A stretch of DNA of 64,000 nucleotides from Candidatus Krumholzibacteriia bacterium (GTDB lineage: Bacteria; Krumholzibacteriota; Krumholzibacteriia; JAJRXK01), in the NCBI GenBank assembly GCA_041484665.1, contig JBGPIA010000006.1, forward strand, positions 1 through 64,000. The letters run 5' to 3'. How positions within the stretch are numbered: position 1 is the first letter of the stretch; each line of letters starts with the position of its first letter. The notes under the pieces were generated by a model. The model did no database searches. It had not been told where the DNA came from and saw nothing but the letters and a program-made list of their open reading frames with translations. A program made the position numbers and the translations under genes. Below, piece by piece: positions 1-9,599 of this stretch.

Positions 1-120
1 GAGAGGATGCGCAAGAGACAGAGGATGGAGCTCTGCCGCAAGCTGATCGAGCGCGTCGTGGTCGACGAGCATAGCGCGGAGATCCACTACAGGTTTCCCG
101 TGTCAAGTCCTTGCAACAGG
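1..120 (+). CDS. C-terminal end of a large serine recombinase (partial, gene starts before the window; the frame reads on into IS91 DNA to 480)
   Basis: Translation ..RQRMELCRKLIERVVVDEHSAEIHYRFP resembles the coiled-coil/'LIERVVV' tail of large serine recombinases; IS91-type sequence begins abruptly at ~119. Confidence 0.55.
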
Positions 121-577
121 CGCGGAGTACCTGCTGGCGTTCTCCTGCCAGACCCGCAATCTCTGCCCCAGCTGCCACGCCAAGCGCGCGGCGTTGTTCG
201 GGGAATTGCTGGCCACCGCGGTGCTCGAGCCGGTCCCGCACCGCCACGTGGTGTTCACCATCCCCAAAGCGCTGCGTGGACTGTTCGTGCGGGAGCGCCG
301 GCTGCTCTCGCTGCTGAGCCGGTGCGCGCACGACTGCGTGCAACGGGCGGCTCGGGCGCACTTCGACGATCCATCCCTGTCGGTGGGGACGGTGGCCGCC
401 CTGCAGACCTTCGGCAGCTACGCCGCCAACTTCCACCCTCACGTGCACGCCATCGTCACCGATGGCGCGTTCGCCAGTGATGGCCGCTTCGAGCGGATGG
501 GCGCCTGGGACGCCGCCGCGCTGACCGAGCTCTTCCGCCGGTTGGTGCTGGCAGCGTTGCGACGCGAGCAACGCCTG
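119..577 (+). pseudogene. IS91/ISCR-family rolling-circle transposase, copy 1, N-terminal part
   Basis: Frame from 122 reads AEYLLAFSCQTRNLCPSCHAKR (second half of the Zn finger), then PHRHVVFTIPK and NFHPHVHAIVTDG (HUH motif); closely matches 8007-8405. Confidence 0.9.
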
Positions 578-2960
578 CTGTTCGACCTGCCGCGATCGGT
601 GTGGGTCGAAAGGCTCTGGCGAAGCATCGAGCCCCCAGCGCGCTGCCAGATCGTCTCGCTGCTGGCCGAGATGGGAAGGCGTGCGCTGGCGGCCAGGACC
701 AGGGCGACGGACCAGGAGGCGCGCGATGAATCGTGAAGACATCACCTCCGACCACCGCGCCCGCGTTGCGTACGTCTACGTCCGGCAGTCGTCGCTGGCC
801 CAGGTAGCTCATCACCCGGAGAGCCAGAGGCGGCAGCGCCAGCTGCTGCACCGCGCGCTCGAGCTGGGATGGTCCCAGGATCGCATCGTGGTCGTGGACG
901 AGGACCTGGGGCACACCGCCGCGCGCAGTGGTCAGCGCAGCGGGTTCCAGCAGATGGTCGCCACGGCGGCGCTGGGCCAGGTGGGGATCATCCTGGCACT
1001 GGAGGTCTCGCACATTTCGCGCGGCAGCCGCGACTGGTACCATCTGCTGGACATCTGTGCCATCACCAAGACGCTGATCGCCGACGGGGAAGGACTGTAC
1101 GATCCGCGGGCGTACAACGACCGGCTGCTCTTGGGGCTGAAGGGCACGATGAGCGAGGCGGAGCTGCACTTGATGAAGCAACGTCTGGTGGAAGCGATGC
1201 GATCGAAGGCCGCCCGCGGCGAGTTCCGCTTCCGGTTACCTGCAGGCTACGAGTGGGACGAAGCCGGTCGGATGGTGAAGGACCCCGACGATCAGGTCCG
1301 CTCGACGGTGGAGCTGGTCTTCGCTCGGTTTGGCGAGCTGGGGACGATCCATGCGGTGCAGGCGGCGCTGGCGGAGGAGGGGGCGAGCGTGCCGGTGCGC
1401 GCGGGGCGAGGGGGCACGCTGCGCTGGGCGGCACCGCCCTACGCGTGGTTGCACCGGGTGCTGACCAACCCGCTGTACGCGGGGGCCTACGTGTACGGGA
1501 AGCGTCAGGTCGAGGAGCGCCTGGACGCCGCGCAGCAGCCGATCAAGCGGATGCGGCGGCGGTCGCGCGAGCAGTGGCCGGTGTTGATCCGCGACCATCA
1601 CGAGGGCTACATCGGGTGGGAGACGTTCGAGCGCAACCAGCGGCAGATCGTCTCCGACCGGCGCGGAGGGTCCGGGCTGGGGGCGCCGCGCGCCGGGGAG
1701 TCGCTGCTGCAAGGGCTGGTGCTGTGTGGCCGGTGCGGCCGGCGGATGAAGGTGGCCTACAACAGCCGGCAGCGTCACCTTCGCTATCGCTGCGTGAGCG
1801 GTCGCCAGCAGACGGGGGCGCCGGTGTGCCAGAGTCTGGGCGGCGGCTGGCTCGAGCGCGCCGTCGAGCAGGTGTTGCTGGAGGCGCTGCAGCCATTGGG
1901 CGTGGAGGCAATGCTCGAGGCGACGGCAGCACACGTGCAGGCGAGCGAGGCGGAGCAGGCACGGTGGCGACAGCAGGTGGAGCGGGCGCGCTACGAGTGC
2001 GAGCTGTCCCGTCGCCAGTACGAGGCGGTCGATCCGGCGAACCGGCTGGTGGCACGGGAGCTGGAGCGGCGCTGGGAAGCGGCGCTGGCGGCTCTCGAGA
2101 CGGTCGAGACCCAGGCTGACGCACGCGGGCGGACGTTGGAGCAGCCGCTGACCGCGCCGCAGCGGCCGCGGCTGGAGCGCTACGCGCGCGATCTGCCCAG
2201 GCTGTGGCGAGCGGACACGACCCGGACCGAGGACCGCAAGCGGATCGCTCGCTGCTTGATCGAGATGGTGGTGGTCATGGCACAGAGCGGCGGCGCGTAC
2301 ATGGAGGCGGTCGTGCACTGGAAGGGCGGCGAGACGACGCGTATCGAGGTGCCCAGGGGCCGCTCGGGCGTGCATCGGTATGCGACCGAGCCCCAGCTGG
2401 TGGAGCTGGTGGCGGAGCTGGCGCGGGAGTTTTCCGACGAGCAGATCGCCCGCATCCTGAGTCGCAAGCGATTGCAGACGTCCAAGGGGCTGCCCTTCAC
2501 CGCACGGCGGGTGACGAGCCTGCGCGCCACGCACGACATCGCAGGCACCAGCAAAGCGAAGCTGCAGCCACAGGACGTGGTCACGGCCGAGCAGGCCGGG
2601 GCGATGCTGGGAGTCAACCATACGACGGTGGTCCGCTGGGTGGAGAGCGGCCTGCTGCAGGGGACGCAGGCGACGCCCGGTGCCCCGTGGCGGGTCCAGG
2701 TGACCGAGCAGGACCGCCGACGACTGACGGCAGCCGACGCGCCGCAGGGCTGGCTTTCGCTGAAGGCAGCGGCCCAGGCCCTGGACGTGAGCCAGCAGAC
2801 CATCGTGCAAAGACTCAAGTCGGGGCAGCTCGACGGTGTGCGGGTGCGCGTCGGGCGGCGCAGCGGGTGGCGAATCCGCGTGCCATCAACCAGTTGCGAT
2901 CGAGGACCGACGCTGTTCGACTGACGCATTCGTGAGGTGGTGCATTATGGAGCGCACGAG
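578..2960 (+). mobile_element. Large serine recombinase element (small-ORF remnant plus recombinase) nested in IS91 copy 1
   Basis: Similarity to IS91 copy 2 stops at ~577 and resumes at ~2961 (ccccgctgcgg = PRCG); the interval holds a short ORF tail (LFDLPRSVWVERLW..EARDES, stop at 736) overlapping the recombinase start. Confidence 0.75.
726..2924 (+). CDS. Large serine recombinase (resolvase + recombinase + Zn ribbon + C-terminal HTH domains)
   Basis: AYVYVRQSS catalytic Ser motif, DEDLG..SGFQQM, LTNPLYAGAYVYG, CGRCG..YRC..C Zn ribbon, tandem HTH-like segments; RBS ggagg before ATG 726. Confidence 0.92.
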   Translation: MNREDITSDHRARVAYVYVRQSSLAQVAHHPESQRRQRQLLHRALELGWSQDRIVVVDEDLGHTAARSGQRSGFQQMVATAALGQVGIILALEVSHISRGSRDWYHLLDICAITKTLIADGEGLYDPRAYNDRLLLGLKGTMSEAELHLMKQRLVEAMRSKAARGEFRFRLPAGYEWDEAGRMVKDPDDQVRSTVELVFARFGELGTIHAVQAALAEEGASVPVRAGRGGTLRWAAPPYAWLHRVLTNPLYAGAYVYGKRQVEERLDAAQQPIKRMRRRSREQWPVLIRDHHEGYIGWETFERNQRQIVSDRRGGSGLGAPRAGESLLQGLVLCGRCGRRMKVAYNSRQRHLRYRCVSGRQQTGAPVCQSLGGGWLERAVEQVLLEALQPLGVEAMLEATAAHVQASEAEQARWRQQVERARYECELSRRQYEAVDPANRLVARELERRWEAALAALETVETQADARGRTLEQPLTAPQRPRLERYARDLPRLWRADTTRTEDRKRIARCLIEMVVVMAQSGGAYMEAVVHWKGGETTRIEVPRGRSGVHRYATEPQLVELVAELAREFSDEQIARILSRKRLQTSKGLPFTARRVTSLRATHDIAGTSKAKLQPQDVVTAEQAGAMLGVNHTTVVRWVESGLLQGTQATPGAPWRVQVTEQDRRRLTAADAPQGWLSLKAAAQALDVSQQTIVQRLKSGQLDGVRVRVGRRSGWRIRVPSTSCDRGPTLFD

Positions 2961-3367
2961 CCCCGCTGCGGAGTGGAAATGCGAATCGTTGCAGTGATCC
3001 AGGACGAGGGCGTCGTCGACCGCATTCTGCGACCCCTGTCACGCACGGGCGGCGATGACCCCTTCGAGGTCGCCGAAGGAAGGGCGCCACTGGCGGCGGG
3101 ACCCGGTTGGACCGGGACCCCTCGGCTGCGCCTTTTGGGGTTCGCGCGCGCGGCGTGGCGGGGCGGGTGTGCCCGCCAGAGGGAGAACAGCAACTCCGGC
3201 CGCCTGCGGGGAGCGTTCCCGGGGGCGGAACGGCCGGCCCGGCTTCGACGCAGCAGCCAGCAGGGCTGTGGGCAGGGCCCGCCAGCGCGCGGGCGGCCAC
3301 ACGCCGGGACGAAGGCGCCCAGGCGCGCGACGCCGGCGCGTCACCGGCCAGATAGAATCGCTTATCC
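2961..3367 (+). mobile_element. IS91/ISCR copy 1, 3' end of the transposase plus oriIS-side terminus
   Basis: PRCGVEMRIVAVIQDEGVVDRIL..GRAP matches the copy 2 C-terminus (its TGA is GGA here); the downstream non-coding DNA aligns with 9072-9346 and ends in an identical GATAGAATCGCTTATCC (3351-3367). Confidence 0.85.
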
Positions 3368-3553
3368 GCATCTCCAGGCCAGGATCGCTCCGCCGGCCCC
3401 GTCGAGAGTGATGCTGGGGTACGTCTGATTGGCTGCCGCGACGGGGACCGGCGCCCCGCTCGCCGACCACTGGGCGACGAGCGTCGCGGGAGTGGCCAGG
3501 CCGAGGAGCAAGGGCAGGAAGAGCCGGCTGGCGCGACGAGCTCGAACGAACAT
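3368..3553 (-). pseudogene. 5' fragment of a secreted beta-propeller-type protein, truncated at the IS end
   Basis: Signal peptide then AQW..QTYPSITLDGAGGAILAW; RBS ggagg; the frame stops inside the IS terminal motif. Confidence 0.7.
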
Positions 3554-3651
3554 GGAGACCTCCCGGGAGTTCGCGCCGGAATCGACGGGGAGCGGGGGCG
3601 CCTACAACCACTCGTACGCCCAGAGACGTCTTGGCGAACAGGCGGCCCCCT

Positions 3652-6306
3652 CTAGCCCTGAAGACGGTTCAGCTCGTTCCTCGCTTCGTCCGCACGAGCG
3701 GGCTTGTCCCACGCCTCGTAATGTCGGACGACGCGACTCCAGGCCTCCCGCTTCGTCTCGATCGAAGCCTCCTTCGACTCGCCGATCACCTGGGTGCTCT
3801 TCGTCAGCAGAGAATCCGCTTCCTCGAATCGCCCCAATCCCGAAAGCACCGTACCGAGGAGATTCTCCGCCCCGGCGCGCGCCAGGGGACGCGGGGGCGT
3901 CGCCTTCGCATGAATCGCGAGCGACCGACGGAGGTAGGGCTCCGCGTCCTTGAGCCGTCCACGACCGACGAGCGACTTGGCGAAATCCCTGAGGTAATCG
4001 GCGAGAATCGGGGCCGACTCTCCGAGGACCTTTTCGTCGATCGCGATCGCACTGAGCCAGAGTCGATCCGCTTCTTGGAAATCCGTCTTCAAGCCGAGCA
4101 GAATCGCGAGGTTCGCCATCGCTCCGGCGACGCTCGGGTGACCGTCGCCGTAAACCTTCTGACGAATCCGAAGCGCTTCTCGGTATCGCAGTTCCGCTTC
4201 GTCGAGCCGGCCGAGGCGCTTGAGTGAGACGCCCAACGCATTCAACGTGGTCGCGGTCGCGGGGTGGTCTTCCCCCAAGATCTTTCGGCGAATAGTCAGC
4301 ACTTGCTCGAAGAGGGGAATTGCATCCTCGTCTTTCCTCTGATACGAGAGTGCGACGGCGACGTTGTTCAAGAGCATCACCGTATCCGGATGTTCTTCCC
4401 CGGAGATCTTGGCGCTCATCGTGTACGACTCGCGGTAGAGCTTTTCCGCCTCGACCCAATCTCCCGCCTCGAGGAGCGCCGCACCCAGGTTGTTCACTGC
4501 TGAGGTGACCTGCGGATGAAGTTCACCCTTCGCCTTCTTCATCAGCGCGACGGCCTCGCGTGCGGGCGACACGGCCTCGGCGGCCCGATGCTGATCGAGG
4601 TAGAGCCCGGAGAGGTTCGTCAGCGCGGTAGCCAGAGCCTCCCCTTCGCCACCCGTGACCCGTCGTTGGATCGTGATCGCCTCGACCGCGAGCGACTCCG
4701 ATTTCGCGAACTGCCCCTGCAGACGCAGCGCCAGGAAGAGATTGCCGGCTGCCGAGGCAAACTCGGCGCTCTCCCGTCCGTGCGTTTTGACGCTCGCGTC
4801 GAGCGCCTCCTCGAAGATGGCCGTCGCTCGCGGCAGATCCTGCTTGTAGAGCAGGACGGTTCCGAGGTCTTTGAGACTCTCCCTCGTCTCATTGCTCAGA
4901 GGTCCTGTGATCCTCTTCCGAGCTTCGAGCGCGGACTCCAGATGCGGCATGGCCTGATCGTAGAGACCGAGCGCCGTGTAGCTTCCTCCGATCGAGCTTT
5001 GGAGAGAGGCTTTCACTTCCGGCTCCTCCGCAAGGCTCGAATCGATCTTCGCGGCCGCCACGTCCAGGACTTCGCGCACGGTCATTTCATGACCCAGAGC
5101 CTTCTCCGGACGGGTCGATTCGAGCATGTCTTGGAGAAACTCATTGGTGCGCTCGGCTTTCAGCTTCTCCGATTCCGCTCGGAGCCGCATGGTGCGCTGC
5201 CTTCCGAACATCACCGTCATCGTGGCGCCGAATGCGAGGGACAACACGAAGAGCGCCGCCGCGAATCCGAAAGTCGTTCGATGTCGCGCGACGAGCTTGC
5301 GAAATTGGTACGCAGCGCTCGGAGGTCTCGCGAGGATCGTTTGGCTCGTCAGGAATCGATGGACATCATCGGCGAGCGCCGAAACGCTCTGATAGCGGCG
5401 GTCGGCGTCTTTCTCCAAGGCCTTGAGAGCGATCGTCCCGACGTCTCCGCGCAGCGCCCTCGAGATCGAGCTCGGCGGAGCGGGCGGCTCGTCGCAGATC
5501 ACCCGCACCGCTTCGTGAATCAGCTTGCGCCGGACGTCGTAGGGAAGGCGCCCCGTCAACATTTCGTAGAGGAGAACCCCGAGCGAATAGACGTCCGTGC
5601 GGATGTCGATGTCGTCCGGGTTACCCCGAGCCTGTTCCGGACTCATGTACGGGAAGGTGCCCTGGACGAGTCCCGGCTCGCTCACGATCGTGCTGAAGGC
5701 GAGATCGGGGTCGGTGATTCGCGCGAGGCCGAAGTCGAGCACTTTGATCTGGGGGCCGGCTAGCTGGGACGAAGGCGAACCGGAGGAGGCGTCCCGTTCT
5801 TCCGGAACCACGACGAAGAGATTCGACGGCTTCAAGTCCCGGTGAATGACACCGCGCTGATGCGCGTATGCGATCGCCTCACATACTTTGAGAAAGAGCG
5901 AAAGCCTGGCGCGAATCTCGACCTGGGTGGCAGGCGCGGGGCGCGACCTCAGGTAACGATCGAGCGACTGGCCCTGTACCAGCTCCATCGCGAAGAAGTG
6001 GTGCCCATCTACGGTCTGACCCGCCTCGTAGATCGCCGCGATGCCCGGATGCTTCAATCGCGCGAGGGTCTCTACCTCGCGTTGGAAGAGACGCACGCGA
6101 TGCTCGTCGACGAACGGTCCACCACGCACGATCTTCAGCGCGACGGAACGCCGCGGACTCTGCTGCTCGGCCTCGTAGACGACGCCCATGCCGCCTTGAC
6201 CGAGCTTGTGGAGAATTCGAAACCCGGGGATGGAACCGGCAAGGTCGCCGGGTGCGTTCCGGTGCGAGTGGAGCGAGCGAGTGGCGTCGGGGTCTTCGGG
6301 CGTCAC
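3652..6306 (-). CDS. Hanks-type Ser/Thr protein kinase with one TM segment and a C-terminal TPR array
   Basis: GQGGMG, VALK, HRDLKPSN, DFG and GTFPYMSPEQ motifs; repeated 'LG.EHP.T..LNNL' TPRs; GTG 6306 preceded by ggagg. Confidence 0.95.
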   Translation of the reverse strand: MTPEDPDATRSLHSHRNAPGDLAGSIPGFRILHKLGQGGMGVVYEAEQQSPRRSVALKIVRGGPFVDEHRVRLFQREVETLARLKHPGIAAIYEAGQTVDGHHFFAMELVQGQSLDRYLRSRPAPATQVEIRARLSLFLKVCEAIAYAHQRGVIHRDLKPSNLFVVVPEERDASSGSPSSQLAGPQIKVLDFGLARITDPDLAFSTIVSEPGLVQGTFPYMSPEQARGNPDDIDIRTDVYSLGVLLYEMLTGRLPYDVRRKLIHEAVRVICDEPPAPPSSISRALRGDVGTIALKALEKDADRRYQSVSALADDVHRFLTSQTILARPPSAAYQFRKLVARHRTTFGFAAALFVLSLAFGATMTVMFGRQRTMRLRAESEKLKAERTNEFLQDMLESTRPEKALGHEMTVREVLDVAAAKIDSSLAEEPEVKASLQSSIGGSYTALGLYDQAMPHLESALEARKRITGPLSNETRESLKDLGTVLLYKQDLPRATAIFEEALDASVKTHGRESAEFASAAGNLFLALRLQGQFAKSESLAVEAITIQRRVTGGEGEALATALTNLSGLYLDQHRAAEAVSPAREAVALMKKAKGELHPQVTSAVNNLGAALLEAGDWVEAEKLYRESYTMSAKISGEEHPDTVMLLNNVAVALSYQRKDEDAIPLFEQVLTIRRKILGEDHPATATTLNALGVSLKRLGRLDEAELRYREALRIRQKVYGDGHPSVAGAMANLAILLGLKTDFQEADRLWLSAIAIDEKVLGESAPILADYLRDFAKSLVGRGRLKDAEPYLRRSLAIHAKATPPRPLARAGAENLLGTVLSGLGRFEEADSLLTKSTQVIGESKEASIETKREAWSRVVRHYEAWDKPARADEARNELNRLQG

Positions 6307-7178
6307 GACGGCCTCCCTCGAGCGATCGCGCCAGACTCTGAGCACGCACCATCGGGCCTCCGGATCTGAAGTGATATGGAACGATATGGAACGGCTGGTG
6401 TCAATCGCCGTGCGACGGTCCGAGCGGAGGGCGCTGCTGCCAAAGCCCTCATCTCGGGTTTGATGGACGATGCGCCCCAGCCAAGCGGGCGCTTGGCGTG
6501 GCTGGCGCGCCGCAGAACCCCACCGGGAGCGCGGCCGATTGGATCGAGCCCGCTTGCGGCCGCGTTCCAGTTGTCCGCGTTGTGCCCGAGACCACGGCGA
6601 GCCTGCAGCGCGCCCCGGTTGTCCGGGACGAGCCCCATCTGGATCACCACGGAGGCAGCGCGTCCTAGCCGGACGGAACTTCGAACCGAGCCCCTCCGGA
6701 GCCGAGATCCACCAGACGGCCCCTTGGTCGACGAGAACGAGGCGGTCTCTCGCATCAACAGACCCGTGCCCCGTTCGCCGAACGCGGCTCGGACGTAGGA
6801 ACGTGCAGGACCGGCCGCCGTGCGGGCTTGATGCCGCGCCGATCTCCACCCCACCTCAATGACGGGAGAGCGCGATGCCAAGACAAGAACGCGCGGGCCG
6901 GCTCAGCTGGGCAGGTACGCGGGTGACGGCCGGGACATTAGCCTGTCAACTTGCTCCCGAGCGCGGGTGGACCCCACTGTTGCATAAAGGAGCCCGCGGA
7001 GTTTGCGATCGCAGCCTTCTTCCCGGAAGATCGTCGTCGCGCACCGTCCACTACTGGAAGTCACCCAGGGTGGAGTCCGCGTAAACACCATCGGCGGCAC
7101 GGCCGGAAGCCTTTGGGACTTCGTTCTCTGGCGCATTTCGACGGCTGCTGGCCGGGGCTCCGTCAGATTTATGCAACG

Positions 7179-7912
7179 ATGGGGTGGACGCTGCTGCTAG
7201 CCTCGTGGCTGCTCCTCGGCAGCGCTCTCTGCCCCCCAGCAGCGCGAGCCCAGGTTCTCCGATCTGACTTGTGGGTGACCAACGGCCAGGTGCGGGCGAT
7301 CGCGGTGTCCAACGACCTCATCTATCTGGGTGGCGACTTCACCGAGCTCGGGCCCGCCATCGGCGCTGCGGTGGCCATCGATGCGACCACCGGCGCTCCC
7401 ATCCCGCCCTACCCACTCGTCATCGGGTTGGTGGGCGCCGTGGCGCCCGATGGGAACGGGGGATGGTACATTGGCGGATCCTTCAGCACCGTGCTGGGGC
7501 AGCCGCGCAACAACATCGCCCAGCTCGATGCCTCCGGCAATCTGACCGCCTAGAACCCCAACGCGAACAGCATCGTGCGCGCCCTCGCGGTGAGCGGGAA
7601 CACCGTGTATGCAGCCGGCAATTTCACGAACATCGGCGGACAAGCGCGCCGGTGCATCGCCGCGCTCGACGCCCGGACCGGGCAAGCCACCAGTTGGGAC
7701 CCCAACGCCAACAACGTCGTCTACACCCTCGCGGTGAACGGCAACACGGTCTACGCCGGCGGGTCGTTCATCGCCATCGGTGGCCAGTTCCGCAACCGCA
7801 CCGCCGCGCTCGACGCCACCACCGGTCTGGCAACGCCACACGCTGGAGAGACCTCTACACGCTGGAGAGCGACGGGCACAAGATCACGCGCAAGATGACG
7901 CTCGTGAAATAA
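7179..7912 (+). pseudogene. Secreted beta-propeller repeat protein with T9SS/FlgD-like tail, disrupted
   Basis: Signal peptide; repeats V.ALAV.GNTVYAGG.F..IGGQ.R..IAALD; in-frame TAG at 7551 where the sister repeat has W (WDPNAN); jump at ~7835 to a C-terminal ..ITRKMTLVK in another frame. Confidence 0.8.
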
Positions 7913-7947
7913 CGGGAACGGCGCGTGTCGATCGCCGTGTGACGGTC

Positions 7948-7989
7948 CGAGAGGAGGGCGCACCTGCCAGGGCCCTCCTCTCGCGTTTG
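7948..7989 (+). terminator. Hairpin, probable intrinsic terminator
   Basis: 12-bp perfect inverted repeat cgagaggagggc/gccctcctctcg followed by cgttt, just downstream of the 7912 stop. Confidence 0.55.
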
Positions 7990-8006
7990 ACGGACGCCGC
8001 GCAGCA

Positions 8007-9071
8007 GCCAAGCGGGCGGCGCTGTTGGGGGAGCTGCTGGTCAGCTCCGTGCTGGAGCCGGTTCCCCATCGCCACGTGGTCTTCACGATCCCCAAGGCGC
8101 TGCGTGGACTGTTCGCACGGGAGCGGCGGCTGCTGTCGCTGTTGAGCCGCTGCGCCCATGAGTGCGTCCAGCGGGCCGCGCGCGCCTACCTGGAGGACCG
8201 CCGCCGCTCGCTGGGCACGATTGCCGCCCTGCAGACCTTTGGCAGCTACGCCGCCAACTTCCACCCCCACGTCCACGCCATCGTCACCGACGGAGCCTTC
8301 GCCTGTGATGGCCACTTCGAGCGGATGGCGCAATGGGACGCCGCGGCACTGACCGAGCTGTTCCGCCGGTTGGTGTTGGCGGCTCTGCGACGCGAGCACC
8401 GCCTGACCCCGGATGCCCAGCGAGCGCTGTTGGCCTGGGGGCACTCGGGCTTCTCAGTCCACGTGGGCCCGCCGATCCTGCCCGACGACCGCACCGGTCT
8501 GGAGCAGCTTGCCCGGTACATCACGCGCGCTCTGCTGCGCCTGGACGCCCTGCGGGAGGTAGCCGAGGCGGTGATCGTGCGCACGCCGGTGGACCCGCGC
8601 ACGGGCCAGCGCGACCTGCAGCTGGACCCCCTCGAGCTGATCCACCGGCTGGTGCGGCAGATCCCCGCACCGCGGCAGCACATGGTGCGCAAACTGGGCT
8701 CGTACGCCAACCGCAGTCGGGGCGCGCGGCGCCAGCGGGACGGCGATCAGCGGGAGGCTGATCGGCGCGCGGAGGTCACCGGCGACGCGGCCGCTGCGGC
8801 GGCTGCTGGCGCAGGCAGAGTGCAAAGCGAGCATGCAGCGGCCGTGTCCGGTGGCCCCGAGCAGCGTGCACGACGGCGCAGCTGGGCACGGCTGCTGCGA
8901 CGGATCTACGAGGTCGATCCGTTGCTCTGCCCCCGCTGCGGCATGGAGATGCGAATCGATGCGGTGATCCAGGACGAGGGCGTCGTGGATCGCATCCTGC
9001 GCCACCTGTCACGCACAGGCGGCGATGACCCCTTCGAGGTTGCCGAAGGAAGGGCGCCGCCAGCGGCGTGA
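8007..9071 (+). pseudogene. IS91/ISCR-family transposase, copy 2 (5'-truncated, lacks the Zn finger)
   Basis: HPHVH HUH motif, LEQLARYITR (single Tyr, ISCR-like), WARLLRRIYEVDPLLCPRCG C-terminus; begins at AKRAAL with no upstream CxxC; VRKLG in place of the usual VRYxG. Confidence 0.9.
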
Positions 9072-9346
9072 CCCGGCTGGACCGGGACCCATCGGCTGCG
9101 CCTCCGGGAGTTCGCGCGCGCGGCGTGGCGGTGTGGCGGGGCGGGTGTGCCCGCCAGAGGGAAGACGGCAACTCCGGCCGCCTGCGGGGAGCGTTCCCGG
9201 CGGCGGCACGGCGGGCCCGGCTTCGATGCAGAAGCCAGCAGGGCTGTGCGCAGGGCCCGCCGGAGCCCCCGGCGACCGCACGCGGGGGCAAAGGCGCCCA
9301 GGCGCGCAGGGCTAGCACGTCAGGGGTCGGATAGAATCGCTTATCC
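9072..9346 (+). mobile_element. IS91/ISCR copy 2, 3' non-coding region and oriIS-like terminus
   Basis: Aligns with ~3100-3367; both end in GATAGAATCGCTTATCC and then diverge; position ~275 bp after the stop codon and the GAA..YTATCC shape resemble ISCR oriIS. Confidence 0.8.
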
Positions 9347-9348
9347 CC

Positions 9349-9519
9349 TGCGGCGCCTGCTCGGGCTTCCACGGGCTGGTCTGCTCGGGGACCACATCCA
9401 AACAGGTCGACCGCGAGCCGCACATGAAGTTCGTGGGCTACGGGGCGATGCTGGCGGAGGCGTTCGTGGCGTTGATCGCGCTGGTGACGATCATGATCCT
9501 CCCACAGGAGGCCGCGCGG
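9349..9519 (+). pseudogene. cstA: Internal fragment of carbon starvation protein A (peptide/pyruvate transporter)
   Basis: Manual translation CGACSGFHGLVCSGTTSKQVDREPHMKFVGYGAMLAEAFVALIAL matches the CstA signature CGAxSGFH..SGTT.K..GYG.ML.E; absent from the ORF track. Confidence 0.85.
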
Positions 9520-9599
9520 GGTGTCTCGCCGGGCACGATGGGTCTATCCCCCGATTCCTGGTCCATGCCCACTCTCGGAATCCCGTAGCCTTGGGCCCG

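Noticed and set aside
6307..6849. N-terminal extension of the kinase, or an ECF sigma factor gene
   Set aside because: Low-complexity Arg/Gly-rich translation, no sigma region 2/4 motifs, and a good RBS at GTG 6306
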